Shown: positions 10,041 to 20,537, counted from the first letter of the stretch. The stretch is 64,000 nt of DNA from an uncultured Candidatus Saccharibacteria bacterium (GCA_964536485.1 CAZHXX010000003.1:28101-92100), one strand, 5' to 3'. The notes: a model not told the origin generated them from the letters alone. Numbers and translations: made by a program.

Positions 10041-10838
10041 TCAATCTGCAAGCAATGAATCTGGATGAATGCTTGTGGTGATTGCTTCAAAAGGTTTTGC
10101 GGGGTTCTGTAGCCAGAATACGCTTGCACGGCTCGCATGTGTGATACGCCAGATTTTTTCATCGTATTTTGTGGTACTTACCTGCCCGTTAGAAGCAAAA
10201 AAGATGAGGTCGTTGTGCTTTACCATAATGTGGAGCGCGTGCTCCTTGGTGTATTCATGGAGAGCTTCAGTAAGCTGGGGGGTAGACATAGAATAGAGGA
10301 TGGGAATTATGGTTGGCGTATGGATAAATAGTTTCTGCAACTGCGCAAGACTTACAACAAGAAGTGTTTTTGGCCTGTCTATGACAACTTGAGGAGATTC
10401 TCGAAAGTAATCGACAGCATCTTGAGTCACTACCAGCAAACCACTGTAATGCTTTACGAAAGACTCCAGCATCATAGCGGTTTCACTATTTCTTCCTACA
10501 TCCCCTGCCACGAGACAGCAGTCACTCCATGCGGAGGCGCTGAGCATGCTCTCGAGGGCATTCTTTGCAAAACTACCGCTTGGCGTGCTGGGAGCATAAT
10601 CTGCATCGGGGAGCAAGAATCGTACAATTTTCCGTAACGCTTCAGGTAGTAGGACGCGTACAGCGCCAGCACCAGCCTGCAACGCGACGTTATAAGCTGT
10701 GCCCGGTGCGCTAAATCCGTGCAAGTTACCCCCTACAATGAGAAGCTTGCCTGCACCAGCCTTAGACTCTGGCCTACTCCACAAAATATCCGGAAATAGC
10801 ACCTTCTCTGTTTGTCTAAGCCAGTAAGTATGATCCAT
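10041..10838 (-). CDS. YjeF C-terminal / NAD(P)HX dehydratase-like carbohydrate-kinase-fold protein
   Basis: 265 aa; LLIVGGNLHGFSAPGTAYNVALQAGAGAVRVLLP resembles the YjeF_C N-terminal signature; the C-terminal nucleotide motif is not clear. Confidence 0.5.
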   Translation of the reverse strand: MDHTYWLRQTEKVLFPDILWSRPESKAGAGKLLIVGGNLHGFSAPGTAYNVALQAGAGAVRVLLPEALRKIVRFLLPDADYAPSTPSGSFAKNALESMLSASAWSDCCLVAGDVGRNSETAMMLESFVKHYSGLLVVTQDAVDYFRESPQVVIDRPKTLLVVSLAQLQKLFIHTPTIIPILYSMSTPQLTEALHEYTKEHALHIMVKHNDLIFFASNGQVSTTKYDEKIWRITHASRASVFWLQNPAKPFEAITTSIHPDSLLAD

Positions 10839-11529
10839 CTTTTTCCCTTAGCGTGTAGACAACATTTTTGCGTTCTATAACGATGTCCCAACCAGCTTTT
10901 GTTGCTGTTTCAAAGAGAGTGTCTTCTGGGTTGAAGGCAATGGGACGTTCGACGAATTCAAGCATGGTGATGTCTCCAGCACTATCCCCAATCGCGACAC
11001 TGCCTTCTCGTGTAAGGTTGTGCTCCTTTATGAACCTCTGCAAAAATATCTCTTTTCGATGCACTACTTGCTCAACTTCGCCAGTAAAAAAGCCGTCTTT
11101 TTCATAGTATTCTTCACCGAGTGCAATATCAAAGCCGAGTCGTTCGCAAAAGACGTCGACCGAATATTTTTCTGAGCCAGATAGCGCAATTAAAAAGTAG
11201 CCTTCAGCTCGCAGTTTCTCGATGAGTTCGGTAGTGTAGGTGTAGGTATAATGAGCGTTTTTTGGAACGATTTCGTCGACAACTTTGCGATAATCAGACA
11301 CTCGAATTTTGGTGAGATTATCTTTGAGCACCTCAACTGCAAGAGCAGTAAAATCTTTGTACGCATGTTTATGCGCTCTTTTTTTGTAGGCCTCAAACTT
11401 TTCTGTCAGCTGGTCCTTTTTGTCTTTTGGCAAATAGCCATGCTCAATGAGCCCGTCTACAATTTGGTAAAATAGCGCGTTGCGCGAAATAGTACCGTCA
11501 ATATCAAAAGCCGCAAACTTCCTCTTCAT
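10816..11529 (-). CDS. HAD-IB family hydrolase (SerB-like)
   Basis: 237 aa; motif I FDIDGTISRN, motif IV GDSAGDITML. Confidence 0.8.
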   Translation of the reverse strand: MKRKFAAFDIDGTISRNALFYQIVDGLIEHGYLPKDKKDQLTEKFEAYKKRAHKHAYKDFTALAVEVLKDNLTKIRVSDYRKVVDEIVPKNAHYTYTYTTELIEKLRAEGYFLIALSGSEKYSVDVFCERLGFDIALGEEYYEKDGFFTGEVEQVVHRKEIFLQRFIKEHNLTREGSVAIGDSAGDITMLEFVERPIAFNPEDTLFETATKAGWDIVIERKNVVYTLREKDGSYLLA

Positions 11530-11553
11530 AGTGGTAGTGTAGCAGAATTTGCC

Positions 11554-12285
11554 CTAAACGTTCACTTGCTTTAGTACGTATTGACCGTTTTCTTTGACCA
11601 TGCCATACACCATATCTTTACGTTCAAGGACTATCATCCAGCCTTTTTCACGCGCAACCTTGAAAAGAGCCTGGTTAGGATTAAAGACAATTGGGCTGTC
11701 AACCTTTTCTAGAACTGATATGTCACTGCTAGTATCTCCTACGGCAGTGCTTCCCTTTGTCTGCAAGTCAAACTTTTTGATAATAATATCTAGTATTTGC
11801 GCTTTGGTTTGCGTAAGAGTTTGCACGCCACCGGTAAGTCTGCCGTCTTTTTCAAGATAACTTACCTGCCCTACCCATGCGTCAAAGCCAAGACTTCGCG
11901 CATAGGTACTGACAGCTCGGACTTCAGAGCCAGATATTGCTATAAGAAAAAAATTGTTTCGCTTCAGCGTTTGGACTAGTTCGCGAGTGTAGACATACGT
12001 ATTGGTAAGCGATGTTTTGACGATTGCATCAATAATTTCATTGTAGTCTTCAACGCGCAAGCCTTTCGGCAGACCTTTAAACATGATGTCTACGGCCTTC
12101 TTCATGTATTCACCGAAGTTGTCGTCGCCAATACGTTGGCGGTAGTCATGAAGCAAAATCTCAATCTCTCTGCCTGGACCAATGTCTAGCTTCCCGCGCG
12201 CAACAAGTTCTCGCACCATGAGTTGCAAGAGGCTTGTCCGCGAAATAGTGCCATCAATGTCAAAGACAGCGAATTGTTTACGCAT
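11554..12285 (-). CDS. HAD-IB family hydrolase, tandem paralog
   Basis: 243 aa; FDIDGTISRT, GDTSSDISVL; same architecture as the gene immediately downstream. Confidence 0.8.
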   Translation of the reverse strand: MRKQFAVFDIDGTISRTSLLQLMVRELVARGKLDIGPGREIEILLHDYRQRIGDDNFGEYMKKAVDIMFKGLPKGLRVEDYNEIIDAIVKTSLTNTYVYTRELVQTLKRNNFFLIAISGSEVRAVSTYARSLGFDAWVGQVSYLEKDGRLTGGVQTLTQTKAQILDIIIKKFDLQTKGSTAVGDTSSDISVLEKVDSPIVFNPNQALFKVAREKGWMIVLERKDMVYGMVKENGQYVLKQVNV

Positions 12286-12287
12286 AT

Positions 12288-12575
12288 ATGTTCAGTATAA
12301 CGCTTGTGTTTATGGATAAGAAACGTAATATAATAAAAGTAAATATGACAAGTAGCGAAAGTAATCTCCCTTTAGAAACGATCCCGGTTACTCGAACGAC
12401 AGTTGATAAATTGAAAAGCGTAGCACTTCTTGCGATATTTGATATATCAACACCAGTGGCTATCTATGTTGCAAGCGAGAGTTTTTCACCAGTGGTCAGA
12501 AATGCTACAACTGTCGCAGTCGGCTGTCTTGCAGGGAGTGTATCCATTAAGGCTTGGCGTAGCTATATCGCCTAG
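12288..12575 (+). CDS. small hypothetical membrane protein
   Basis: 95-aa ORF with two hydrophobic segments; true start uncertain (internal Met codons). Confidence 0.3.
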   Translation: MFSITLVFMDKKRNIIKVNMTSSESNLPLETIPVTRTTVDKLKSVALLAIFDISTPVAIYVASESFSPVVRNATTVAVGCLAGSVSIKAWRSYIA

Positions 12576-12643
12576 GCAACAGCTTCACCGAACTTGATCC
12601 CAGTTACTGTGAGTCGTTCAGGACCGAACTGTTTCATTAATGT
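12572..12643 (-). pseudogene. remnant of the 3' end of a paralog of the upstream gene
   Basis: Encodes ...LMKQFGPERLTVTGIKFGEAVA*, which parallels the C-terminus ...LVQQFMPDHLSVEGIAFGNIVA* of the 12714-13439 product. Confidence 0.35.
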
Positions 12644-12713
12644 TGTAGCTATTCTTGTTTGTACTACCGCAACTAGTATTGTTGCCTGTAGCCATATCTG
12701 TAGAGAGGGGCTC

Positions 12714-13439
12714 TTAAGCCACGATATTTCCGAAAGCGATGCCCTCAACAGATAGATGATCAGGCATAAACTGTTGCACAAGTTCAGCTACATCTCTAGT
12801 CTGTTTATATGGAGCATGGATCACGCCAAGAGGAACACGCAACGCGTCTGGATGTTGATGACTGCGCTGAAGGCCAAGTTGTGTCTCTAGTGCTGAAACC
12901 GCTGCACCGACAAAGTGCTGGCCTTTCCTGTGTATGAAGCTTCCATTATCTACGGTCAAGGAAAGTTCTACCGCACTGTGCCCATCCGTCCTAACAGTTC
13001 GCCTTTCACTTTCTAAAACAACAAGCCTTTGTTGCCCAAAAGATCCTCCAAGGTCTGTTTTTGTGAAATTAACCGCTTTTTCAAGTAGAATCTCGTGCGG
13101 AGGTTTTTCGAGTGGTGCTTTTCTTTTGCCGTCCATAAGTCGAGCAGCGCGTGGTGTTAACGCTTCTTTGGCCTTACCCGCATCTACGAGTACTAACTCG
13201 GGTGAGACGGCTTCGTAGCCAATACCTTGTGAGAGCAAATGAGCTCTAATCCCAAGAGAAAGATATTCAAGTCCTTTGGACCCAAGTTTGAGTACGATTG
13301 GTGCACATGGTACCTCATAAGGTTTTGCTGTTTCTGGCAGGTCTGCGAGGGGCCTCTCTCTTACACCGTGAGCATCCAAGCCAGCATCTTTCAATGTCTG
13401 TGGACTAATACCGGGTATATATGAACCTCTTGCACTCAT
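12714..13439 (-). CDS. hypothetical protein
   Basis: 241-aa ORF with protein-like composition; no family recognised. Confidence 0.5.
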   Translation of the reverse strand: MSARGSYIPGISPQTLKDAGLDAHGVRERPLADLPETAKPYEVPCAPIVLKLGSKGLEYLSLGIRAHLLSQGIGYEAVSPELVLVDAGKAKEALTPRAARLMDGKRKAPLEKPPHEILLEKAVNFTKTDLGGSFGQQRLVVLESERRTVRTDGHSAVELSLTVDNGSFIHRKGQHFVGAAVSALETQLGLQRSHQHPDALRVPLGVIHAPYKQTRDVAELVQQFMPDHLSVEGIAFGNIVA

Positions 13440-13597
13440 AGCTCGTTTTCCTCATTATTTACAGCATAATAAACAACAATACTTAACTATGCAAGCGTAT
13501 AGTTTTTACCTTAAGCGTGAATTATCAAAGAAATCGTTACTTCTTAAAATTTGCGTTATCAAGGAGACTCCTTGACAGCGTGGCGGTTTTTCTTAGT

Positions 13598-14389
13598 TTA
13601 GATAGTGATGCTCACTGGGCAATGGTCGCTTCCCATGACTTCGGGGTGAATTTGAGCTTCTTTAATCTTTGGCGCGAGAGTTTTGCTTGCCATCCAGTAA
13701 TCTATACGCCAACCAACATTGCGTTCTCGTGCCCCGCCCCATGCTGTCCACCAGCTGTATGAATCTGGTTTGTCAGGATAAAGAAGCCGAAATGTATCGA
13801 CAAAACCGGCTTCTATCATTGCGTCAAAGCCTTCTCGCTCTTCTATTGTGTAGCCGTGCTTACCTTCGTTTTCTTTTGGCCTTGCTAAGTCTATAGGCTG
13901 GTGCGCAACGTTAAAGTCACCGCAAAACAGCACGGGAGCATCTGCTTCAAGCTCTTTTACATGCTCGAGAAATGCGCGGTCCCATATCTGATGACGAAGT
14001 TGCAAGCGTTCAAGTTTGTCTTTGCTGTTTGGCGTGTAAACAGTGACCACCCAAAAGTCATCAAATTTTGCACTTAGCACCCTTCCCTCTGTTGTTGGGT
14101 CGCCGAACTTATCGGTGAAGTCGTATTTTTTCATGATCGCATCAGAGAAGCCGTAGCGAACTTCGTGTGGCTGAACTTTTGAAAATATGGCCGTTCCAGA
14201 ATAACCCTTTTTCTCAGCACTGTGCCAGTGCTCAACGTATTGGGGCAGATCTACCGGCGACTGGTCAGGTTGGGCTTTTGTTTCTTGCAAACAAAGTATA
14301 TCGGGATCGTGCTCTTCGATAAATTTTTGAAAAAGTTCTTTGTTCCAAACGGCACGGATGCCGTTGACGTTCCATGAGTAAAGCTTCAT
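13598..14389 (-). CDS. xth: exodeoxyribonuclease III
   Basis: MKLYSWNVNGIRA..., LCLQETK, GDFNVAH and SDHCPV are typical of the EEP/ExoIII family; start trimmed to MKLYSW. Confidence 0.9.
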   Translation of the reverse strand: MKLYSWNVNGIRAVWNKELFQKFIEEHDPDILCLQETKAQPDQSPVDLPQYVEHWHSAEKKGYSGTAIFSKVQPHEVRYGFSDAIMKKYDFTDKFGDPTTEGRVLSAKFDDFWVVTVYTPNSKDKLERLQLRHQIWDRAFLEHVKELEADAPVLFCGDFNVAHQPIDLARPKENEGKHGYTIEEREGFDAMIEAGFVDTFRLLYPDKPDSYSWWTAWGGARERNVGWRIDYWMASKTLAPKIKEAQIHPEVMGSDHCPVSITI

Positions 14390-14443
14390 GTATAAAGTGT
14401 AGCACATTGACTATTTATTAAAAATATAATATAATAATAGATT

Positions 14444-14899
14444 ATGTTTGAACGTGGTTATTATATTAATCAGCTTGAGAAACAGGGCCCTTTGGGGATA
14501 GCTATTGCCTCTGGACGTCTACCAGAATGGGATCAAAGAGCTCCAAAGAAGTTCGGGATGCTTACTTTTGCACATACAGCCGGAATAAAGCTCGTGCAAG
14601 GTCTCGTCGTGCCTACACTAACTGAAGCTGGTTTTGATATATCATATAAGGCTCAGTCGGGAGCTTCATTTAATGGTCTTTGGCCAGACTATGAAAAGCC
14701 AGGTGTTCTTACAGATGTAGAGTTTGATGAATTTCGAATTGGAGACTCTTACCCTAACCAAATGGTTCTACTTGCTCAAGGCGAAGAGGTCCGGAATCCT
14801 CTAACTGAATACGCGCTTAGTCTTTCAATTTATTCAGCGTTCGTTAACATTGCTGAAAAAGGTGAAACGCTTGCACTTGATTTGAATCGCACTACTTAA
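14444..14899 (+). CDS. hypothetical protein
   Basis: 151-aa ORF, no recognisable motif. Confidence 0.45.
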   Translation: MFERGYYINQLEKQGPLGIAIASGRLPEWDQRAPKKFGMLTFAHTAGIKLVQGLVVPTLTEAGFDISYKAQSGASFNGLWPDYEKPGVLTDVEFDEFRIGDSYPNQMVLLAQGEEVRNPLTEYALSLSIYSAFVNIAEKGETLALDLNRTT

Positions 14900-14932
14900 T
14901 CTTCTTTTGATTTTTTGCTATACTATTATTTA

Positions 14933-15637
14933 ATGTATAAAAGAATATTGCTCAAAGTTTCCGGCGAGCAACTAGCCGGTGAGCACGACTCAGGAATAGA
15001 TCCACAAGTGGTTGCGTGGATAGCACATGAAGCAAAAAAAATTGTAGATGCAGGTTGTCAGCTCATCATCATCGTTGGTGGTGGTAACATGGTGCGTGGC
15101 GCACAAATGGCTGGAAACGGTATTAAGCGTGTGACAGCAGACCAAATGGGGATGCTCTCAGGACTTATGAACGCAATGGCAATGACGGATATCTTTGAAG
15201 CCAACGGCGTCCCGACACGATGTTTAAGCAACATTTATGCTGAACAGGTCGCCGAGAACTTTTCATTCCGTTTGGCAGAAAAACACCTTGAGAATGGGCG
15301 GGTACTTATTGTTGCTGGCGGTATTGGACGACCTTACTCGACACACGACAGCGCAGCAGTGCTCGTTGGCCTTGAGCTTGAGTGTGAGTTGGTGCTTAAA
15401 GCGACAAAAGTTGATGGTGTCTATGACCGCGATCCTGCCCTGCACCCAGACGCGAAAAAATTTGAGCAAGTGAGCTATCAGCAGGCTCTCGAAAATCCTG
15501 AGATTAAAGTCATGGACAAATCAGCCATGGGCTTAGCAGCCGAGCAAGGCGTAAAGGTGGTAGTCTTTAACCTACACGAAGAAAATGGCCTCTTAAGAAT
15601 AGTAAACGGCGAACAAGTTGGGACACTTATTAGCTAA
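14933..15637 (+). CDS. pyrH: UMP kinase
   Basis: ILLKVSGEQLAG, IIVGGGNMVRG and VDGVYDRDP motifs; start set to ATG 14933. Confidence 0.9.
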   Translation: MYKRILLKVSGEQLAGEHDSGIDPQVVAWIAHEAKKIVDAGCQLIIIVGGGNMVRGAQMAGNGIKRVTADQMGMLSGLMNAMAMTDIFEANGVPTRCLSNIYAEQVAENFSFRLAEKHLENGRVLIVAGGIGRPYSTHDSAAVLVGLELECELVLKATKVDGVYDRDPALHPDAKKFEQVSYQQALENPEIKVMDKSAMGLAAEQGVKVVVFNLHEENGLLRIVNGEQVGTLIS

Positions 15638-16115
15638 CGCGGGTTAGTTCACGCGCCACATTTCTGTTGTCGTCTCGCCGTTTAAGTGTTTGACGCTTGT
15701 CGTATTCACGCTTCCCTTTTCCGAGAGAAATTCTTACTTTTATAAAGCGCCCTGTGGTGAGTATCTCGGTGGCGATAATTGTTTGACCTTGTTGTTTTGC
15801 AGTAATGAGGCGTTCAAGTTCGCGCTTTTTTAAGAGGAGTTTACGGTTATTTGTTACGTCTGTATCAACGATTGGTATTCCTTTCGTACCGTGGATGCTC
15901 GCATTCACCAGCCACAGCTCGTTGTTTTTTATGGTCACGTAAGAGCCCTGAAGTTGACCATGCCCGAGTCGCAGAGACTTTGTTTCTCTACCGTTTAAAA
16001 CAATGCCAGCAAGCACGCTGTCGCCAAGCTCATAATCGAAACGAGCTCGCTTGTTGCGAATCACTTTCTGTTCAAGAGCTTTCTTCGTACTCTTGCGGAG
16101 TTGTTTACTTTTCAT
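15630..16115 (-). CDS. smpB: SsrA-binding protein
   Basis: 161 aa; NKRARFDYEL...GIVLNGRETKSLR and C-terminal basic tail; 8-nt convergent overlap with pyrH. Confidence 0.9.
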   Translation of the reverse strand: MKSKQLRKSTKKALEQKVIRNKRARFDYELGDSVLAGIVLNGRETKSLRLGHGQLQGSYVTIKNNELWLVNASIHGTKGIPIVDTDVTNNRKLLLKKRELERLITAKQQGQTIIATEILTTGRFIKVRISLGKGKREYDKRQTLKRRDDNRNVARELTRVS

Positions 16116-16179
16116 TGTATAACTATTTTAACAGAGGTTATGGTTATTTACAAAATTACAAAAAAATGTTGAAGATATT

Positions 16180-17331
16180 TTATTGGCCGTCGTAGCGGTC
16201 GCGCCAGTATTTGAATTCTTCTTTTGCCGTGTTCCACAGTTCTGGTTCACCACGTTTGACCTTCATTTGGTACCACCATTCAGCTCCCCACGTATCGACG
16301 GTGCGCATGCCAGTATCGGCGGCATATTTAATGCGCTTTTTGAGGCGGTCCGGGTTCATAGACTTATACAGCTCGTCGACCGGAGCATTAGATATTTCAT
16401 AGCCGTCTGGTGTCCAAGCCTCTGCTTGAAGCTCGTGCACCATAAGATCTTTACCTGTTAATATCTTGCCACCACCTGCTAATACTGAGTAAAACCAGGG
16501 TGGAATTGGATACTCAAAATAGCGCTTCGTGAAAGTGACATCCCACACTCGCTTATAGACTGAAACTCCAAATTCGTCGGCCCGAGGCTTGCCGACTGGG
16601 AAGCCACTTGCGACCGTCCAGTTATTGCTCCGTGAAATAATAAGTTTTGTGTCTGGATCAAGCCGTTTCACAAGGTTGTATTCGTCAACAAGGCGTTGCC
16701 TGTCAAAGTTTTTACATTTTCCGAAGACGTTCAAAAAGTATTCATTTTCTAGTTGGTAGCTTACGAGTACAGGACTGTCTTTGTAGCGCTCGATAACGGC
16801 ACTCATAAAAGATTCTAATTGTGGTTGCCACTGTTCTCGTGGCTGAGCTGCATCAATCCAGCCTGGCTCATGGCATTCAGGCCAACGAGGCTGACGCATC
16901 CCAATTGCAAGGCTTACATCGGTGCCGTGTTCTTCGGCCATTTTGAACTGCCAATCGAGCTCGTCAAAGTTATAAACACCAGGGGCAGTTTCGATATCTT
17001 TCCAGTAGCTCACAAGCCGGACACGGTCTAAATTGAGATCATTGATCATTGCACTTAACGTCTCCTTGGGGTCTACACCTAAATAACGCGCATAGTTTGG
17101 GACAAAAGTTGCGCCTAATTCCAGAGCTTTACTATTCTGAGAACTTATATACCAGCGCGCCACAACAAACATCACAATAATATTGAGCAAGACAAAGCCA
17201 TACACGATACTCGCAAAGATCTTCCCAAGACGTGATTTTGGTATGAGAATTCTTAGAAAGCCACTGGCCAGCTCTTTTGGTGAGTGTATTTGTTTGGTCG
17301 TATTTTTCGGTGTTTTCGTCATCTTTTTCAT
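16180..17331 (-). CDS. membrane-anchored clan GH-A-like glycoside hydrolase (TIM barrel)
   Basis: 383 aa; N-terminal TM; YQLENEYF (candidate acid/base NE) and VHELQAEAW (candidate nucleophile). Confidence 0.55.
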   Translation of the reverse strand: MKKMTKTPKNTTKQIHSPKELASGFLRILIPKSRLGKIFASIVYGFVLLNIIVMFVVARWYISSQNSKALELGATFVPNYARYLGVDPKETLSAMINDLNLDRVRLVSYWKDIETAPGVYNFDELDWQFKMAEEHGTDVSLAIGMRQPRWPECHEPGWIDAAQPREQWQPQLESFMSAVIERYKDSPVLVSYQLENEYFLNVFGKCKNFDRQRLVDEYNLVKRLDPDTKLIISRSNNWTVASGFPVGKPRADEFGVSVYKRVWDVTFTKRYFEYPIPPWFYSVLAGGGKILTGKDLMVHELQAEAWTPDGYEISNAPVDELYKSMNPDRLKKRIKYAADTGMRTVDTWGAEWWYQMKVKRGEPELWNTAKEEFKYWRDRYDGQ

Positions 17332-17429
17332 AGGCTCTGTGCTTAAGAGTAAGCTTATGCATAATAATAGCCGGTTGTCTAAAAAAAAGCGAGTGGTATA
17401 CGAGAAGTTTTGACAAATATTTTATTTTA

Positions 17430-17975
17430 ATGTATAATATAAATATGAAAATGTGGTTCCGTGTTCTCGGAATGGTGTTGCTGTCATCTGCTTTTGTCTC
17501 TGTGATGGCTGTTATAAATTACCGCCAAGGACCTTTTGTCCAAGCTCAGCCACAAGTTGCAGGGGCAAGTATAACCAAGCAACAAGTGCCTACGAGCAAT
17601 GACCCCATTATTCTATTTATCAATTCACTGCGACCCGCTCAAGAATTGCAAGAAGACAGCCGTCTTGGCGCTCTTGCTGCAGCACGCCTTAGCGATATGC
17701 TTAGTGGCCACTATTATGCACACATGTCGCCTAGTGGGGTTACTTTTGCCGACGGACTCGAGCAGTTTGGGCTACCCAAAACGACACCGTCATGCGAAAA
17801 CTTACTTATGACACAGCATGACACTACGGAAACTGTCGTGCAAGAATGGCTGGACAGTCCTGCGCACAAAGCATGTATGATGGACCCAGCGATGAATGCC
17901 GTGGGACATGCAAGCGCGGTTTTTGATAGCCAAACGGACCAGATACTTCATGTCACTATCTACGCAAGCCTCTGA
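17430..17975 (+). CDS. CAP (SCP/PR1-like) domain secreted protein
   Basis: 181 aa; signal/TM; HYYAHMSPSG and WLDSPAHKACMMDP are typical of the CAP/YkwD family. Confidence 0.7.
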   Translation: MYNINMKMWFRVLGMVLLSSAFVSVMAVINYRQGPFVQAQPQVAGASITKQQVPTSNDPIILFINSLRPAQELQEDSRLGALAAARLSDMLSGHYYAHMSPSGVTFADGLEQFGLPKTTPSCENLLMTQHDTTETVVQEWLDSPAHKACMMDPAMNAVGHASAVFDSQTDQILHVTIYASL

Positions 17976-17996
17976 TAGTTTGCTATGCTGTAGCCT

Positions 17997-18848
17997 ATGA
18001 AGCTAAGCCTAGTTATCCCGGTGTACAACGAAGAAAAACAGATAGTTGGTTGCCTTGAGTCTATTGCTTCACAAACTGTTATGCCAGATGAAGTAATTAT
18101 TGTTGATAATAATTGTCAAGATAGAACTGTTGAGCTGGCTAAAAAATTTAGTTTTGTCCGCGTGATTGAGGAGCGCTCACAAGGGCGTGGATATGCGCGA
18201 ACGGCAGGGTTTAATAATACCCGTGGTGACGTTATTGGCCGTATTGATGCTGATTCGCGCCTTGAAAAGCACTGGGTTGAACGAGTGAAGGCTCGCTTCG
18301 AAACTGACAGTGAGCTCATGGGACTGACTGGTATCGGACTTACGTCGTTTTTGCCGGGTGTAACATCTTTGCGCTCTACCCTGTTTTCACGGAGTTATTA
18401 CTGGTTTGTACATGCAGAATTTCACACAATTACTATGTGGGGGGCTACCATGGCGGTACGTAAGCAAGCATGGGATGCCGTGGCAGATAAGGTTTGTCTT
18501 GACGATAACCTTGTGCATGAAGATCAAGATCTCTCACTCTGGATAGCGGGCAACGGTGGAAAAATTATTCAGGATAATGCGGTCAAGATAAGCACAAGTG
18601 GACAAACGTATCGGTATCTTCCTAAGCTCCTCCACTATCGTACGCTTTTTGCGCGAACAAAAAAGCTTCATACCAAGAACGGAAATTTACGTAGCCCAGT
18701 GCTTCGTCGGCTTTCCTGGAGAAACACTGCCCCCGGATGGGTCGCCTCACTACTTCCAGGAGCATTTTTGGGGGTAGTATCTCTCGTCTTTTTTCCACTC
18801 GACTATCTAATTGCGGTTAAACTACAAAAGCACGATTGGCTTTCTTAA
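17997..18848 (+). CDS. family 2 glycosyltransferase
   Basis: LSLVIPVYNEE, IIVDNNCQDRT, DADS (DxD) motif. Confidence 0.85.
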   Translation: MKLSLVIPVYNEEKQIVGCLESIASQTVMPDEVIIVDNNCQDRTVELAKKFSFVRVIEERSQGRGYARTAGFNNTRGDVIGRIDADSRLEKHWVERVKARFETDSELMGLTGIGLTSFLPGVTSLRSTLFSRSYYWFVHAEFHTITMWGATMAVRKQAWDAVADKVCLDDNLVHEDQDLSLWIAGNGGKIIQDNAVKISTSGQTYRYLPKLLHYRTLFARTKKLHTKNGNLRSPVLRRLSWRNTAPGWVASLLPGAFLGVVSLVFFPLDYLIAVKLQKHDWLS

Positions 18849-18853
18849 ACTTC

Positions 18854-19549
18854 TTATTGTCCTTGCTCAAACGAACCAGTAATTTCTTGAACATCGGTAG
18901 GAAGTGTTACGGTTACGTCCTTGAATTCGTACACAACCTTAAAGGTATCGCCGTCCTTTGTACCGACCACTTCACTTACTAATTTTGTATTTTTGTTGAT
19001 GTAAATCTTGGTATCTGTTTGCTCTTCATCTTTATACTGCCATACTTCACACGTTCCTGTTGTGCAACTCTCTGTTCCGACATAGGTGGCTGATTCTTTG
19101 TATTTTGCAATATCTTCGTCACTTACTTCGTAGTCGCCAATATTTAGCCCTGACTGGTTTGCCCCATAGCGGTAACATTTGCCCTCTTGACAGAAAATGA
19201 ATGCCTGGCTTGCGTCTAAGTAGTACTCTACAGAATCGCCCGCCTGGGTACCGCTAAAGTGGACTGTTCCCTTGCCATCGCTTTCTATGGTTCCAGTTAA
19301 TACGACATTGTTGCTACTCGTGCCTTCTAGTGTTGCAACAAACGCTCTATCTTTAGTTGCTTTAGGGTCAAAGCTTGGAGTTTCTGACGATTGCTCAGCG
19401 GTAGTCTCGCTATTTGCTGTTTGTGTTGTCTGCACTGCGTTATCTTGTTGTTTCGTGTCTTTTTTGGTAAGTGACCATGTTGCAAGTCCGCCAGCAACAA
19501 CGACAATTATAATGATGCCAAGTTTAGTTTTGTTCATACTTTCCTCCAT
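18854..19549 (-). CDS. secreted/anchored hypothetical protein
   Basis: 231 aa; N-terminal TM, Thr/Gln/Glu-rich linker, Cys-containing globular domain. Confidence 0.55.
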   Translation of the reverse strand: MEESMNKTKLGIIIIVVVAGGLATWSLTKKDTKQQDNAVQTTQTANSETTAEQSSETPSFDPKATKDRAFVATLEGTSSNNVVLTGTIESDGKGTVHFSGTQAGDSVEYYLDASQAFIFCQEGKCYRYGANQSGLNIGDYEVSDEDIAKYKESATYVGTESCTTGTCEVWQYKDEEQTDTKIYINKNTKLVSEVVGTKDGDTFKVVYEFKDVTVTLPTDVQEITGSFEQGQ

Positions 19550-19567
19550 TATGTATCTATAGTAGCT

Positions 19568-20083
19568 TTAGCTGTATTGTTTGAGCAACTCTTTCACATA
19601 TTCGTCGGTAATTTTTGTCCCATCAACGACAACGTAGGGTTCACTTTCATCGGGTACTTCAACTATTTCTGCAATACGCTCAAACATACGCTCGGCTGTT
19701 TCTCCTTCGGGGAGTAAGTCGTGGTTTTGTTCGCTCATTCTTCTTTTTTTTGCGAGCTCACGTGGTGTCTGCACCCACCAAAGTACTACCTTTGCGTCAT
19801 ATTTTTTTGCCAGTTCATATTTTTCTTCCCGGTGACATTTTCTGTTCAGGTTCGCATCATAAATTGCTGAACGTCCCTTTTCAAGCAAATGTTTTACGTT
19901 ATGATTCAGGATATCGTAGAGTTTGTCATGCTCTTCTTGCGAAAAGCTGGGTTGAGCAAAAAGTTCTAGGCGAGCTTCATCAGAGGAAAGTAACTCTGCA
20001 CCAGTGATACTATGTATAGTTTTTGCTAAGGTAGACTTACCAGCGCCAGGGAGACCCATCATAAGATGAAGTGTTGTATGCAT
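19568..20083 (-). CDS. P-loop ATPase/kinase (AAA_33-like)
   Basis: 171 aa; Walker A GLPGAGKST near the N-terminus. Confidence 0.7.
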   Translation of the reverse strand: MHTTLHLMMGLPGAGKSTLAKTIHSITGAELLSSDEARLELFAQPSFSQEEHDKLYDILNHNVKHLLEKGRSAIYDANLNRKCHREEKYELAKKYDAKVVLWWVQTPRELAKKRRMSEQNHDLLPEGETAERMFERIAEIVEVPDESEPYVVVDGTKITDEYVKELLKQYS

Positions 20084-20225
20084 AGACTAAAGTATACGAT
20101 GTTTATCCATTTGTTTCCATTTGTCGGTTTGATAAGATTTTTTTTAGGCAAAAATCTTTAGAAAAAAGCTATTTTTTGGCCTATAATTTTAGTACAAAAA
20201 ATAAAGTAGTATACTTATTGAAGTT

Positions 20226-20537
20226 ATGCTTTTTCAAAAAGATAATCCAGACAGATTTTTACTCCAGAAAGCATTTATTATTCTGGGGGATGCAACTAGC
20301 TTACGTATTCTCTACGCACTCGATAGATATGGCGAAAAAAACTTCAGCGAACTCAAGGATTTGCTTGAAGTTAACCCTGCGAGCCTTTCTAAAAAACTAC
20401 GCATACTCTCTGAGGCAGGCATTTTAGGATCTGATAGAACACACGACAACTTACGTGTTTATTACTCGGTAGCGCATCATCATAAAGCGGTAAAAAAGTT
20501 TCTCGACAGTTTTGAGCGTCTCGCGCAAGAATTGTAG
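20226..20537 (+). CDS. ArsR-family winged-helix transcriptional regulator
   Basis: 103 aa; ILGDATSLRILYAL...NFSELKDLLEVNPASLSKKLRILSEAGIL. Confidence 0.8.
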   Translation: MLFQKDNPDRFLLQKAFIILGDATSLRILYALDRYGEKNFSELKDLLEVNPASLSKKLRILSEAGILGSDRTHDNLRVYYSVAHHHKAVKKFLDSFERLAQEL

